Positions 1 through 12,191 are shown, counted from the stretch's first letter. The stretch: 64,000 bases of DNA from Candidatus Saccharimonadia bacterium (GCA_023253175.1 JALRHH010000001.1:300020-364019); one strand, 5' to 3'. Numbers and translations: made by a program. The notes: generated from the letters alone by a model not told the origin.

Positions 1-44
1 TATGTTGTCCAGGGAGTATTTTAATATTCAGGTATAGGCCGTAA

Positions 45-569
45 TTATGCTTTTGCGGCCGCTGACTTTGTTCCGTAAAACTCTCGAATCTGGAACAAGA
101 AGTAAAATCCGATTGCTGCGCCGATAAGCCCGAATATCAGGCTACCGAAACCGCGTCCATCAATAAACGCCGCAAGTACTGAATAGGCGACTTGGCTTAG
201 CGCTACAAGGAAGAGCAAGTCCCAACCCCTACGTTCACGTGCCCTTAATGGACCGTAGGCCATAAGTAGTACGACCGCCTGCGCTGCAAGAATAGCGATA
301 CTCAGGAATATAGCTACTTTATCGAGCGTAGAAAATCCAATCGCTTCATTTGTATAGGCGCTAATATACGAGCCCAAGCCTCCCACGAATTCGTTTGCGT
401 TGTCGTAAAAGCGCCACAGTGACCATGCGGTCGCCAGTTGTAATATGCCAATTACAAGCACAACATATGGCCAGTACTCTACGATTATTTTCTTTGCACT
501 CTTAGGTAGCGCTGGCAAATCCTTGAACAAATCTGCAAGCTTATTTTCAATTCCACGAACCCTTTCCAT
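45..569 (-). CDS. hypothetical multi-pass membrane protein (174 aa)
   Basis: Several long hydrophobic segments (YVVLVIGILQLATAW, AIFLSIAILAAQAVVLLMA, LIFGLIGAAIGFYFLF). No family recognised. Confidence 0.5.
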   Translation of the reverse strand: MERVRGIENKLADLFKDLPALPKSAKKIIVEYWPYVVLVIGILQLATAWSLWRFYDNANEFVGGLGSYISAYTNEAIGFSTLDKVAIFLSIAILAAQAVVLLMAYGPLRARERRGWDLLFLVALSQVAYSVLAAFIDGRGFGSLIFGLIGAAIGFYFLFQIREFYGTKSAAAKA

Positions 570-660
570 AGAACCCCCTTTTGCTTATGTTGTAATAATA
601 GTCCTGCTATTTCATGTCCGCAAGTATTTTCCTCAGGTCAAAAACGGTACAATATATGCA

Positions 661-3600
661 ATGAGTGAGTTTGAGGCAATATACAAGAGACTGAATGACC
701 GTCAACGCGAAGCCGTCGACAGTATTGACGGACCGCTTTTGGTGCTCGCAGGACCCGGCACAGGCAAGACACAGCTCCTCAGTGCGCGCGTCGCAAATAT
801 TCTACAGAAGACAGATACCTTACCGCAGAGCATCCTTTGTCTAACGTTTACGGATGCGGCCGCACTAAATATGAGAGAGCGCTTGACCAGCATGATTGGC
901 GATCAGGCATATGATGTAAATATTGGGACGTACCACAGTTTTGCGAGTGAAATCATCAAGAGCTATCCGGAATTCTTTGAGCATATTGACCTTGAAACTG
1001 GTCAAGATACCCGCATGGAACGACCGATTGACGAGATCACGCAGCTAGAGATTTTGAGTAGCATCATTACAAAGCTTCCGTACGGCGACCCACTCTACAA
1101 CGCAAAGTACTATGTAAAAAGCGTCGTCGGGGCTATATCAGACTGTAAGCAAGCGGCATTATCACCGAGTGAACTTATTACAATTGCAGCCGATAACAAA
1201 AAGGCTACCATTGAACTATCGCCGCAAATTCACACAATACTGGCCGACATGAAACAGATGCCGCGCAAAGCAGATAGTGCTGCGGCACTATTCGAAGACG
1301 TACTGGATTGCTTAAACGGCTCAGACTCTGAACTGTGCCGACTGGCGGCCTCTCAACTAACCGCAGCACTGGAATTGGCGGCCGCAGACAAATCCACCAA
1401 GCCCTTAACAGCCTGGAAGAATGCGTGGCTCTACAAAAATGATACCGATACATGGTGCTTCACCAAGCCAGAGTCAGCTGACAAACTTGCGTCACTCGCG
1501 AACATCTATGAAAAGTACCAAGCTGCGCTTGAAAAAGCAGGGCAGTATGATTTCAACGACATGATCATTCGCACGATCGATGCACTGCAAAACAAGCCAG
1601 AGCTAAAGTTTAACCTCCAGGAAAAGTATCAGTACATCTTATTAGACGAATTTCAGGACACCAACGCCGCCCAATTCAAGCTAGTGAAAGAACTTGCCGA
1701 TCACCCCGTACATGAAGGCCGACCAAACATCATGGCAGTTGGCGATGATGATCAGGGTATCTTTGCGTTCCAGGGCGCTGACATTGGCAACATGCTGGCA
1801 TTTTTGTCTGCGTTTAGGGATGTATCTACCATCAACCTGATCCAAAACTACCGTTCACATGCAAACATTCTCCATGTTGCGCATAAGGTAGCAGACCAGA
1901 TTGAATCGCGCCTTCACCATAACCTACAAAATATCACTAAAACGATCGAAGCCGCGGCCCACGATCTACCGACAGATGCACAAATTGCACGCCATGAATT
2001 TGCGTCGCAAGCCAGTGAATACGGCTGGATCGCAGATCAGATCAAAGAGCTCATTACAGCAGGCACTGATCCGAGTGAAATCACCGTCCTCGCACCGAAA
2101 CACTCAATCCTAGAGGACCTTGTGCCATTTTTAGACCAGCGTGAGATTCCGGTTATCTATGAAAAGCGTGAGAATATATTTGAAACGCCTATTATAGATG
2201 GACTATTATTGTTCGCCCGGACCATACTAGCAGCGTCAAAGCAGCATTTTGATCAGTTAGACGAGCTATTATCGCAGCTGCTCAGTTTGCCGTACTGGCA
2301 AATTAATACCAAAGATATCTGGGAACTCAATTGGGAACACTATCGTCAAAAATTTGATAGTAAGCTTACATGGACGGAGCTGGCGCTCAAGAAGCCAGAA
2401 ACTGAAGCAGCTACCACTTTTATTTTGCACCTCGGCTCACTTGCCCAGACATTGTCGCTTGAACACATGCTCGACCACATGACAGGCGCGCAGCCGGTAG
2501 ATTACGACAAGAATACGTCATTTACATCTCCACTTAAAGGCTACTATTTCGGAGAAAATGCCCAGGCAAGTTCGCCGCAGGAATTCTATGAAGCAATTTC
2601 GCACCTCAGTGTCATCCGATCACATCTGCGTGATAAGCAAGCTCAGTCAGAAAATAAGCTCACGATCGAGGACCTGGTCAGGCTTTATGATACGTATCAG
2701 GAGGCAGAGCAGCCGCTCGTCAACACACACCCTATTGCTCAGGCAAAGTCAGCTGTGGTACTGCAAACCGTCTATAAATCAAAGGGGCTGGAATACGAAT
2801 ATGTGTTTCTGCCGTCCATGCATGATGATGTTTGGGGCAGCAAATCAGGTGGCGGCAATAGCAAGATCAGCCTGCCGGCAAACCTCCAGTACATCACCCA
2901 TGACTCTTCTACGGAGGATACAAAACGCCGCCTACTGTTTGTTGCAGTGACACGCGCAAAACACGGACTCTTTATTAGTAGCTACGCCAGCAAAGAAAAC
3001 GGCAAAGCCACTATCGCCGCAAAATATATCCAAGAATCAACGATTGATAATGTACGCCGAAGTCAGGTACTGCCAGCCGGCAATGACATTGTCACTACCA
3101 TTGAACGTCCCGAAGAAGTAGTTCGCCAAGACGTTGATACGCTCTGGCACAGCAGGTACCAAATTCTGTCACCTGATCTGAGAAGCCTCCTGAGTAGTCA
3201 CCTGGAACGGTACGTCATGAGTCCGACGCACCTTAACACCTTCACCAACCTAGAATACGCTGGGCCTCAGGCGTTCTTACTTGGCACACTGCTGCGCTTC
3301 CCGCAGGCCCAATCACCTGACAGTATTTACGGTGATGCACTGCATAACAGCCTGGAATGGTATCAGAAAAAGGGCGGGGGTGATAAATATCCGAGTATCG
3401 ATGCGGTTATTCGCCGTTTTGAAATGCGCATTAATAATAGTCACCTAGAAGAAGCCGACCGCGAGAATCTCAAGATACGCGGTAGCCACGCGCTGCGCCT
3501 ATACCTGACAGCCAAAGCAGCAGATCTCCAAACAAATGCCAAAGCAGAAGTAGACTTTAGAAAAGAAGGCGTTGTACTGGACGGAGCAGTGTTAACGGGC

Positions 3601-3990
3601 AAGATTGACCGCTTAGAAATAAACGAGGCAGACAAGACCGTCCGTATTATCGACTTCAAGAGTGGTACACCCGCAACCAAGTGGAGCACGGAAAGCAAGT
3701 ACCTTAACTACAAACAGCAGCTCTATTTCTACATTCTGTTGATTGAAAAGAGCCACACCTACGCAGGATATAGCGTAGAATCTGCACGGCTCGAATTCAT
3801 AGAACCACTTGGGGACGGAACCGTAGCCAAACCGCTGATTCTGCAGTTTAGCGACAAAGAATACGAAGCGTTCAAGAAGCTTGTGAAAGTTGTTTGGGAT
3901 AAGGTACAGAATCTCGATCTCCCAGACACCAGCACCTACCCCGCAACCTCGACGGGCACTCGTACGTTTATATCAGATCTCACCAAATAA
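661..3990 (+). CDS. UvrD/PcrA-type SF1 helicase fused to a C-terminal PD-(D/E)XK (RecB/AddA-like) nuclease domain
   Basis: Walker A GPGTGKT, DEFQDTN, VGDDDQGIF, QNYRS, VYKSKGLEYEYVF, and a C-terminal IDRLE..IIDFKSG..YKQQLYFY nuclease-type motif. Start moved from 445 to ATG 661 (MSEFEAIYKRLNDRQREAV) because 445-660 overlaps the opposite-strand gene. Confidence 0.85.
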   Translation: MSEFEAIYKRLNDRQREAVDSIDGPLLVLAGPGTGKTQLLSARVANILQKTDTLPQSILCLTFTDAAALNMRERLTSMIGDQAYDVNIGTYHSFASEIIKSYPEFFEHIDLETGQDTRMERPIDEITQLEILSSIITKLPYGDPLYNAKYYVKSVVGAISDCKQAALSPSELITIAADNKKATIELSPQIHTILADMKQMPRKADSAAALFEDVLDCLNGSDSELCRLAASQLTAALELAAADKSTKPLTAWKNAWLYKNDTDTWCFTKPESADKLASLANIYEKYQAALEKAGQYDFNDMIIRTIDALQNKPELKFNLQEKYQYILLDEFQDTNAAQFKLVKELADHPVHEGRPNIMAVGDDDQGIFAFQGADIGNMLAFLSAFRDVSTINLIQNYRSHANILHVAHKVADQIESRLHHNLQNITKTIEAAAHDLPTDAQIARHEFASQASEYGWIADQIKELITAGTDPSEITVLAPKHSILEDLVPFLDQREIPVIYEKRENIFETPIIDGLLLFARTILAASKQHFDQLDELLSQLLSLPYWQINTKDIWELNWEHYRQKFDSKLTWTELALKKPETEAATTFILHLGSLAQTLSLEHMLDHMTGAQPVDYDKNTSFTSPLKGYYFGENAQASSPQEFYEAISHLSVIRSHLRDKQAQSENKLTIEDLVRLYDTYQEAEQPLVNTHPIAQAKSAVVLQTVYKSKGLEYEYVFLPSMHDDVWGSKSGGGNSKISLPANLQYITHDSSTEDTKRRLLFVAVTRAKHGLFISSYASKENGKATIAAKYIQESTIDNVRRSQVLPAGNDIVTTIERPEEVVRQDVDTLWHSRYQILSPDLRSLLSSHLERYVMSPTHLNTFTNLEYAGPQAFLLGTLLRFPQAQSPDSIYGDALHNSLEWYQKKGGGDKYPSIDAVIRRFEMRINNSHLEEADRENLKIRGSHALRLYLTAKAADLQTNAKAEVDFRKEGVVLDGAVLTGKIDRLEINEADKTVRIIDFKSGTPATKWSTESKYLNYKQQLYFYILLIEKSHTYAGYSVESARLEFIEPLGDGTVAKPLILQFSDKEYEAFKKLVKVVWDKVQNLDLPDTSTYPATSTGTRTFISDLTK

Positions 3991-4034
3991 AAGAGCCCCT
4001 ACCAGAGGGGCTCCTGACAACGGGTGTCAACTAC

Positions 4035-4904
4035 TCAGGCGCTGAGCATACCTTCTTGCAGCTCTTCGTTTGGCAGTGCTGCAGCAAGAGCACCAATGAT
4101 TGCATAACGCGCATATGGAACCAACTCAGCAGCAGGGCCATTGATACCAGCATTCTCAACGCGCTTCATATATGGCAAGTTTAGTTCAAATGCACGATTA
4201 CCGATCTTTGTTTGATCAATAGTCTGACCTTCGATATCAACCCATATCATCATCTTACCAAGGTGAGGGGCGTGCTCCAGCTTCTCAATCGCTTCGCCAG
4301 CTTCTGCACCTAGTAAATCGAAGTAAGATTCCTCGCTCCATTCTGCGTATCGACCAGAAGCCTGTATGTCAGCAGCGTGCTCAAAGACCTGGTTCATTAG
4401 ATTCATATCAAACTCGAGGCCAGCCTCATCAAACTTTCGGTGCGTGTATTCTGCAATAGCAGCTTGATTATCGACTATAACCTGACCGGCCCATGTACCG
4501 AGCAGATTGTCAGCAGCACACTCTTCGTGACCACCACTTAGGATACCCTCATTATCCAACGTAATCTTAGAATCATGTGCACGCTCGTTTGCAGTTAAAT
4601 CCTGACCCTCGTGGTAACCGGTAAGCTCACGCATGGCCAACAGATACACATCTGGACCACCGGGTAATGAAGGGCGAACTTCTACCGCTGGCTTACCACT
4701 TTTAAGCTCCGTACGACGGCGCTCATCCATGCAGGTACCTCGTGTATCCTCAGTATATGCTGTAAGCGAGGCCTTAGCATCGTTCATAATCTCCAGAAGC
4801 TCAGCTTCTGGGCTTGCTTCTTTTGTAAGCTTAATCGGTTGTTCACTTATGTGAGCAGTTACTTTCATGATATCGAATTGTGTGTCGGTCATAGATTCTT
4901 GCAT
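4035..4904 (-). CDS. hypothetical protein (289 aa)
   Basis: Long uninterrupted ORF bracketed by intergenic AT-rich DNA. No motif recognised. Confidence 0.5.
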   Translation of the reverse strand: MQESMTDTQFDIMKVTAHISEQPIKLTKEASPEAELLEIMNDAKASLTAYTEDTRGTCMDERRRTELKSGKPAVEVRPSLPGGPDVYLLAMRELTGYHEGQDLTANERAHDSKITLDNEGILSGGHEECAADNLLGTWAGQVIVDNQAAIAEYTHRKFDEAGLEFDMNLMNQVFEHAADIQASGRYAEWSEESYFDLLGAEAGEAIEKLEHAPHLGKMMIWVDIEGQTIDQTKIGNRAFELNLPYMKRVENAGINGPAAELVPYARYAIIGALAAALPNEELQEGMLSA

Positions 4905-4999
4905 ACATCCTACCTAAAATTATTGTAAAATCAGTTTTTAATTGTACTCCTTTGGATTGAAAATACAATTGCGCTACATCTAGCGCTTTTGTTATTTTT

Positions 5000-5015
5000 T
5001 GTGACACAAATCACA
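5000..5015. promoter_or_regulatory. CRP/FNR-type palindrome TGTGA-N6-TCACA
   Basis: Sequence TGTGACACAAATCACA matches both half-sites perfectly. It is centred about 42 nt upstream of a TSS inferred from TATAAT at 5038-5043. A Crp/Fnr regulator is encoded at 61387-62055. Confidence 0.4.
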
Positions 5016-5062
5016 TAATCGCATGATCAATGTGACATATAATGAAGCTACAAGGAGTCTAT

Positions 5063-5434
5063 ATGTCTGATGCAAGCGCTGAATTACTGAGGTATATCCA
5101 AGAAGTTGATGTTCCCGAGTCAACCGTAGACCATGTACTGAATCGTCTACAATCGCGCGATCTTGAAACTCGTTTTTCCCAAGCAGACTGGAACAAGCTT
5201 AAGGACAAAAAACCACATTTATTTCATTTTATTGATAGCGCCAGTAAAGAGGCTGCACCCGATGATCCGCAGTTACGTGCAAAAGTTACGTCCGCATTAC
5301 TCGGCATGGTTGTGCTTAGCGAAGAGCTACGACTACATGATCTAGAGGAAAGCGTGGGCACTGCAATAGATCATGGTACTGACATTGAGGTGATCAGCGG
5401 CCTATACCTTGATCAAGAAGGGAGAGCTATATGA
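5063..5434 (+). CDS. hypothetical protein (123 aa)
   Basis: AAGGAG RBS at 5052-5057 precedes ATG 5063. The track start at 5042 lies inside the putative -10 box. Confidence 0.5.
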   Translation: MSDASAELLRYIQEVDVPESTVDHVLNRLQSRDLETRFSQADWNKLKDKKPHLFHFIDSASKEAAPDDPQLRAKVTSALLGMVVLSEELRLHDLEESVGTAIDHGTDIEVISGLYLDQEGRAI

Positions 5435-5853
5435 CACAGCAATCTAAGCTACGGGTTATTCACGACAATATACATGCACTACCTTTGGTTGGAACAAATA
5501 CCATGGAGGGGCTACTTAGCGAAAAGGAAGCACTGAGGGCATGGGAGGACTTACGGGCTTTCCCATCAACCACCAGAGAACGTATGCAAACCCAGGTCGA
5601 GTCAGTAGAATTTGACTTGATTACCAAACTTAACTTTGACGAAGAAGCGGGCACATATAATCTCAGCCCCAGTGAGCTGCGATACATACTAACAAGGATG
5701 GCGATTACTGCTACCGCCCAAGAAGCAAGTGACATTGGACAAGCCCTTAAAGAATCTGCTCACATTAGGATGCTCGTAGAGGGAATCGGGGCTAGCGCTT
5801 GTGGCGGCGAAGACCAGCAACTTTCAAGCGAACCGCAGAGCGATCAATCATAG
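5431..5853 (+). CDS. hypothetical protein (140 aa)
   Basis: ATGA start/stop overlap with the upstream ORF. The 3' end overlaps atpC convergently by about 60 nt. Confidence 0.45.
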   Translation: MTQQSKLRVIHDNIHALPLVGTNTMEGLLSEKEALRAWEDLRAFPSTTRERMQTQVESVEFDLITKLNFDEEAGTYNLSPSELRYILTRMAITATAQEASDIGQALKESAHIRMLVEGIGASACGGEDQQLSSEPQSDQS

Positions 5854-6211
5854 CCTGAGCCTTATCAAGCTCGACCTGTGACTTAGCTTCGGATTTCTGC
5901 TTTTTCGCAAGCTCAAGTGCCTTTTGAACTTCTGCTTCGATGATCTCTTCAGGAGAATCAGCATCGTCCACAAGGATACGCAAACGACCGGCATCTATTT
6001 CTGCGACGCCGCCGTTAACCGCAAAGTATTCACGGCTTTCATCGATATCGCCGCGCTTTTTACGCACCGCAAGCACGCCTGGAACTGCCATTGTAACAAG
6101 TGGCTCGTGACCAGGATAGACCGCGATCTCACCAGAAGCAGTAGGCAGAATTACCTCGTAAACCTCTTCGTCCATCTTGAGGCCAGTTAGTGTAATGAGC
6201 TGTAATTTCAT
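5792..6211 (-). CDS. atpC: F1 ATP synthase epsilon subunit
   Basis: N-terminal beta-sandwich signature (LTGLKMDEEVYEVILPTASGEIAVYPGHEPLV) plus a C-terminal helical region. Last gene of the atp operon. Confidence 0.9.
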   Translation of the reverse strand: MKLQLITLTGLKMDEEVYEVILPTASGEIAVYPGHEPLVTMAVPGVLAVRKKRGDIDESREYFAVNGGVAEIDAGRLRILVDDADSPEEIIEAEVQKALELAKKQKSEAKSQVELDKAQAMIDRSAVRLKVAGLRRHKR

Positions 6212-6525
6212 TATTCTTCCTTCCAGGCTCTCATAACTAATTCACCCATGGCAAAAAAATCACTCCAAGCTTTGGTTAGTTCTTCTTGTGATAAGGTACA
6301 GATATAGGGCAAGTCCTTAGATTCAACTCCAGGCATTCCCTCGGGAATAATGGGTTGGAGTCGTGGCCTATCGGTGGGATCACTAGGATCTCCTTTTATC
6401 TCGACACCCATATCCGTTGTGATAGGGTGAAACTTTCCTCTATTGTATCCCCGAACACCAGAAATACCGTTCTCAACAATAAGCTCGTCTCTAAATGACT
6501 GTTTTGGTGCTTGTTCGATACCCAT
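6211..6525 (-). CDS. small hypothetical protein (104 aa) inserted between atpD and atpC
   Basis: Its start directly abuts the atpD stop (TAGATG). Its stop overlaps the atpC start (TAATG). No family recognised. Confidence 0.6.
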   Translation of the reverse strand: MGIEQAPKQSFRDELIVENGISGVRGYNRGKFHPITTDMGVEIKGDPSDPTDRPRLQPIIPEGMPGVESKDLPYICTLSQEELTKAWSDFFAMGELVMRAWKEE

Positions 6526-8167
<1,642 letters not shown>

Positions 8168-8171
<4 letters not shown>

Positions 8172-8398
8172 TTCATAGCCTCCACACCAATACCCCAGAT
8201 ACGTGCATCATGGATCCGCGATACCAACTCCCGTTCTGTCTGTTCGCAGACAGGTGCAAGGGCAAGTTCGCCAACTTTATCAACCAGCTCGTACGCCGAC
8301 ACTGCGCTCTCGGCAATTTCGCCCAGATTATCAATCACAAATGTGAATGGACACTCTGGTGGATTTTCGGCGGCGAGTTCAAATAAACGTTGGACCAT
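8168..8398 (-). CDS. small acidic hypothetical protein (76 aa) inserted between atpG and atpD
   Basis: Start overlaps the atpG stop (TAATG). There is a 4-nt overlap with the next small ORF. Confidence 0.55.
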
Positions 8399-9264
8399 TA
8401 CTTCATCGCCTCCGCGCCGCCAGAAATTTCTGAAAGTTCCTGGGTAATACCGGCTTGGCGCACCTTGTTCATCTCAAGTGTCAGATCATCGATTAGATCA
8501 CCAGCGTTATCGGTTGCATTTTTCATAGCAATCATGCGCATGCTTTGTTCTGATGCACCAGAGTCAAGATATGCCTGGAGTAGCTGCACTTCGATAAGTC
8601 GCTGCGTTGTTGCCTCAAGCACCTCTTCAGCTGATGGCTCGAAGCTTGCCTGAGCAACCGCTTCACTAACTTCTGCTTCTACGAAACCAGCAGGAAGGAG
8701 CTGCTTAGTTGAAGCAATCTGCGTAATCGTGTTCTTGTACTCAGTGTAAATAACATCGACAGCGTCGACTGATTTGTCAGTAAATCGTTCGATCAGTGTT
8801 GCGACGATAGGGCGAAGGTCGTTTTCGGTAGGTCGTTCTGGAAAACCTTCGTATACACCAATAACTTCAGCGTCCTTGATACGTGCCACGAACTGCGCAG
8901 CCTTACGGCCAATACAAATGGTCTTAGTACTGATACCAGCAGCTTTGTCGGCTTTTAGTGCTTCCGCATAGCGCTTAAGTACGTTCGCGTTATATGCACC
9001 AGCCAAACCCTTGTCACTCGTAATCAGCACGATGAGGCGACTGTCTACTCTGCGCTCTACAAATAGGTGGTGATTAAAGGTATCAGGCAGGGAACGTAGG
9101 TGTGTCAGGAGTTCGCGAGCTGCGTCACTAAAGAGCTGGATTTGACTTGCAACTTCCTGTGCACGGCGCATTTTACTAGCGGCAACAAGCTGCATCGCCT
9201 TAGTAATCTGGCGAGTGCCCTTGACTGATTTAACTCGTGATTTTAGTTGCCGCGTACTAGCCAT
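8398..9264 (-). CDS. atpG: F1 ATP synthase gamma subunit
   Basis: MASTRQLKSRVKSVKGTRQITKAMQLVAASKMRRAQ at the N-terminus and ITQELSEISGGAEA at the C-terminus. Confidence 0.95.
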   Translation of the reverse strand: MASTRQLKSRVKSVKGTRQITKAMQLVAASKMRRAQEVASQIQLFSDAARELLTHLRSLPDTFNHHLFVERRVDSRLIVLITSDKGLAGAYNANVLKRYAEALKADKAAGISTKTICIGRKAAQFVARIKDAEVIGVYEGFPERPTENDLRPIVATLIERFTDKSVDAVDVIYTEYKNTITQIASTKQLLPAGFVEAEVSEAVAQASFEPSAEEVLEATTQRLIEVQLLQAYLDSGASEQSMRMIAMKNATDNAGDLIDDLTLEMNKVRQAGITQELSEISGGAEAMK

Positions 9265-9487
9265 TATTCTGACCTCTTGATGCTTTGTGAGCCTCTCTTA
9301 ATTCTTGCTTAGCTTTCTCTGCAGCCTCTCCACCTTCGTAGAAGATCGCAGTAAACTGTTCTGGTGTAAGCAAGATGCCTTCCTCTTCAATTTGTGGATT
9401 AGCTTCAAACTGACCAGTATCCTCCAGACCAAACAAGGGTTGGTCATATTCGGGCAGTGGTGATGCGGGCTCGCCGTGCCTATGCAT
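9257..9487 (-). CDS. small acidic hypothetical protein (76 aa) inserted between atpA and atpG
   Basis: Starts 5 nt after the atpA stop. Overlaps the atpG start by 8 nt (AATAATGGCTAG). Confidence 0.55.
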   Translation of the reverse strand: MHRHGEPASPLPEYDQPLFGLEDTGQFEANPQIEEEGILLTPEQFTAIFYEGGEAAEKAKQELREAHKASRGQNNG

Positions 9488-9492
9488 AGTGC

Positions 9493-11010
9493 TTAGAAGC
9501 CCTTTGCTACCTTAGTTGCGGTTTTCTTGATCAATTCGATTACTTTATCAGAAGGCTTGTCACCCTTGTTAAGTTCAGCAATTTCCTTGTGATCCTTCAG
9601 TTCAGTCAATAGTGCTGACTGTACGTCCTTGATCTTTTCAACAGGAACGGTATCAAGAATACCTTCGTTGGCCGCGATCAGTGAAGCAGTTTGCTCCCAG
9701 ACACTGAGCGGCTGGTACTGAGGCTGCTTGAGCATTTCAGTAAGACGCTGACCACGGTTAATTGTGTTCTTAGTGTCATCGTCAAGGTCGCTACCAAACT
9801 GTGCAAATGCTGCAAGTTCACGGAACTGTGCAAGGTTTAGACGGAGCGTACCAGCGACTGACTTAACAGCCTTGGTCTGGGCGCTACCACCCACACGTGA
9901 CACAGAAAGACCTACAGAAATAGCCGGACGGATACCTTGGTTAAACAGATCTGTTTCGAGGAAGATCTGACCATCGGTAATAGAAATAACGTTGGTTGGA
10001 ATGTAGGCAGAGATGTCACCAGCCTGCGTTTCAATGATCGGCAGGGCAGTCAATGAACCTGCACCCAGCTCATCAGAAAGCTTCGCTGAACGCTCAAGAA
10101 GACGTGAGTGAAGGTAGAAGACATCACCTGGATAGGCCTCACGTCCTGGTGGACGGCGGAGCAGTAGTGACATCTGACGATACGCAGCAGCGTGCTTTGT
10201 AAGGTCATCGTGAATAATAAGGGCGTGGCCCTTGTTGTCGCGGAAGTATTCACCCATTGCAGTACCAGTGTACGGTGCAAGGTAGAGCAGTGACGCGGGA
10301 TCAGCAGGGCTGGTAGCCACCACAATTGTCTGGTCCATAACGCCCTCTTCGCGGAGACGCTCTACAAGGCGAGCAACCTTTGATGCCTTTTGACCGATGG
10401 CAACATAGACGTTTACAACGCCGGTCTTCTGACGACCCTGGTTGATCATGGTGTCGATCGCAATCGCAGTTTTACCAGTCTGACGGTCACCAATAATAAG
10501 CTCACGCTGACCACGGCCAATTGGCACCATCGTATCGATAGCCATAAGACCGGTCATAAGTGGTTCATGAACTGACTTTCGATCTTTAACACCAGGAGCT
10601 GGGCGCTCTACAAGTGCAACCTGCTTAGCCTTGATATCACCAAGTCCATCCAGTGGGCGGCCAAGTGGGTCGACCACACGGCCAAGGAGTTCTGGCCCAA
10701 CAGGCACTTCAAGTACTTTTCCAGTAAGGGTAACCTTAGCACCTGCAACAACTTCACGGTCATCACCGAGCAGTACGGCACCGATTTCGTCTTCCATAAG
10801 GTTCAGCGCAAAGGCTTCAACTACGCCGCCATCAGCAGCCTCAATCGTTACAACCTGGTTAAAACCACACTCTTCTAGTCCATAAATCCACGCAACACCG
10901 TCACCAACACGGGTAACGACACCGCTACTTGTCAGTCCACCTTGAACCTTCAGATCAGCGATTGCTGACTGGAGTTCACGGGATAGTTCTTTAACATTCA
11001 ATTCAGCCAC
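9493..11010 (-). CDS. atpA: F1 ATP synthase alpha subunit
   Basis: GDRQTGKT Walker A and full-length AtpA-like sequence. Confidence 0.97.
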   Translation of the reverse strand: MAELNVKELSRELQSAIADLKVQGGLTSSGVVTRVGDGVAWIYGLEECGFNQVVTIEAADGGVVEAFALNLMEDEIGAVLLGDDREVVAGAKVTLTGKVLEVPVGPELLGRVVDPLGRPLDGLGDIKAKQVALVERPAPGVKDRKSVHEPLMTGLMAIDTMVPIGRGQRELIIGDRQTGKTAIAIDTMINQGRQKTGVVNVYVAIGQKASKVARLVERLREEGVMDQTIVVATSPADPASLLYLAPYTGTAMGEYFRDNKGHALIIHDDLTKHAAAYRQMSLLLRRPPGREAYPGDVFYLHSRLLERSAKLSDELGAGSLTALPIIETQAGDISAYIPTNVISITDGQIFLETDLFNQGIRPAISVGLSVSRVGGSAQTKAVKSVAGTLRLNLAQFRELAAFAQFGSDLDDDTKNTINRGQRLTEMLKQPQYQPLSVWEQTASLIAANEGILDTVPVEKIKDVQSALLTELKDHKEIAELNKGDKPSDKVIELIKKTATKVAKGF

Positions 11011-11020
11011 TCGTTCCTCC

Positions 11021-11407
11021 TTAGGCTTTCAATGCATTCAGCTGCTTACGAACAGTTGTGTCTAGTTCTGCCCGAGGCGTGCGGATGACAACACCTCCAA
11101 GCAGGCTGGGGTCAACGCTTGCGCTCACCTCAACCTGTTTTGCATCCTCGGATGACAACACAAACTGTTCAATTTTTTTGATAATACCTGCCGACAATTC
11201 ACGTGCGCTGATAACCTCCGCCAAAACGATACCATGCTCGCGGGCAAGGGCCGATTCAATATCACGAACAAGTAGTTCCGCCTGGTTCTGAATTTTGTGC
11301 TCAATCAGGTAGCTCGCCGCTTGGGTGAGTACTTTTTTAGCATCAGATCCGCTAGCGAGCTGGTTTGCGATATGAACTGCAATCTTACGCCGTGAAATAG
11401 TCTGCAT
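11021..11407 (-). CDS. atpH: F1 ATP synthase delta (OSCP) subunit, short form (128 aa)
   Basis: Sits between atpF and atpA. C-terminal [29 protein letters not shown] matches the OSCP C-terminal signature. The N-terminal region is shorter than usual. Confidence 0.7.
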   Translation of the reverse strand: MQTISRRKIAVHIANQLASGSDAKKVLTQAASYLIEHKIQNQAELLVRDIESALAREHGIVLAEVISARELSAGIIKKIEQFVLSSEDAKQVEVSASVDPSLLGGVVIRTPRAELDTTVRKQLNALKA

Positions 11408-11410
11408 ACC

Positions 11411-11956
11411 CTACTTAGCCTCCTTGAGCGCCTGTTCGATGAGTTTTTCATCAGCTGCACCGTTGAGCTTCTGGCCAATGATCTTCTCAGTCGCTTGTGC
11501 AACGAGCGCCTTGGTTTCTTTCTGAAGCTGCGTGCGAGCCTTCAGGATGTCACCGTCAAGCTGCGTACGAGCTTCCGCAACAATCGCTTCTGCCTTTTTA
11601 CGAGACTTAGTTTCAGCTTCTTCAAGCATTGCAGCCGCTTCTTTATGAGCAGTTGCTACGATGTCAGCAGATTCTTTGCGTGCCTCAGCGAGAAGCTTTG
11701 AAACTTTTTCTTCAGCCTTGCCGAGATCCTCAGCTGCTTGCTTGGCTGCTTCGAGACTCCCGATAACAGCACTGCGTCGCTGCTCAAGCGTATCTACCAA
11801 TTTGTGGTACACAAACTTCCTAAGGAAGAGCAGCACCGCAACAAAAGTAATGAGCTGGAAGATAAACGCCTTCAGGTCAATACCAAGCGCCGCAATACCA
11901 CCCGTTGATTCTCCGTGGGCTGCCTCGCTTGCAAATTGTGTTAATGATGTAATCAC
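11411..11956 (-). CDS. atpF: Fo ATP synthase b subunit
   Basis: One N-terminal TM helix followed by a long charged coiled coil (AEAR, KEA, EEAE repeats). Correct operon position. Confidence 0.85.
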   Translation of the reverse strand: MITSLTQFASEAAHGESTGGIAALGIDLKAFIFQLITFVAVLLFLRKFVYHKLVDTLEQRRSAVIGSLEAAKQAAEDLGKAEEKVSKLLAEARKESADIVATAHKEAAAMLEEAETKSRKKAEAIVAEARTQLDGDILKARTQLQKETKALVAQATEKIIGQKLNGAADEKLIEQALKEAK

Positions 11957-11975
11957 TGTTTCTTAATCCTTAAAA

Positions 11976-12191
11976 CTATGAAGTGGTGAATACGATAACA
12001 AGTACGAACGCCAAAACTGCATCAACAAGACCAGCCATGATGAAAGCAGTTGATAGAACCTTACCCTGAGCCTCTGGGTTACGACCAACTGAACGAACAG
12101 CTGATGCACCGATAAGACCAACACCGATTGCAGGACCGATAGCACCGAATGCGATTGTCAGACCTTTGATTAGATTTGCGTCAATTTCCAT
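11976..12191 (-). CDS. atpE: Fo ATP synthase c subunit
   Basis: 71-aa hairpin proteolipid with GAIGPAIGVG in helix 1, an RNPE loop, and a second hydrophobic helix. Confidence 0.9.
   Translation of the reverse strand: MEIDANLIKGLTIAFGAIGPAIGVGLIGASAVRSVGRNPEAQGKVLSTAFIMAGLVDAVLAFVLVIVFTTS

Noticed and set aside
445-660. N-terminal extension of the helicase ORF
   Set aside because: It overlaps the opposite-strand membrane-protein gene and its promoter region. Helicase similarity begins only at MSEFEAIYKRLNDRQREAV (ATG 661).
5792-5853. A 62-nt convergent overlap between ORF 5431-5853 and atpC as a possible antisense regulatory arrangement
   Set aside because: It is more likely a consequence of an uncertain 3' extent or reality of the orphan ORF. 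No hairpin or other signal supports regulation.
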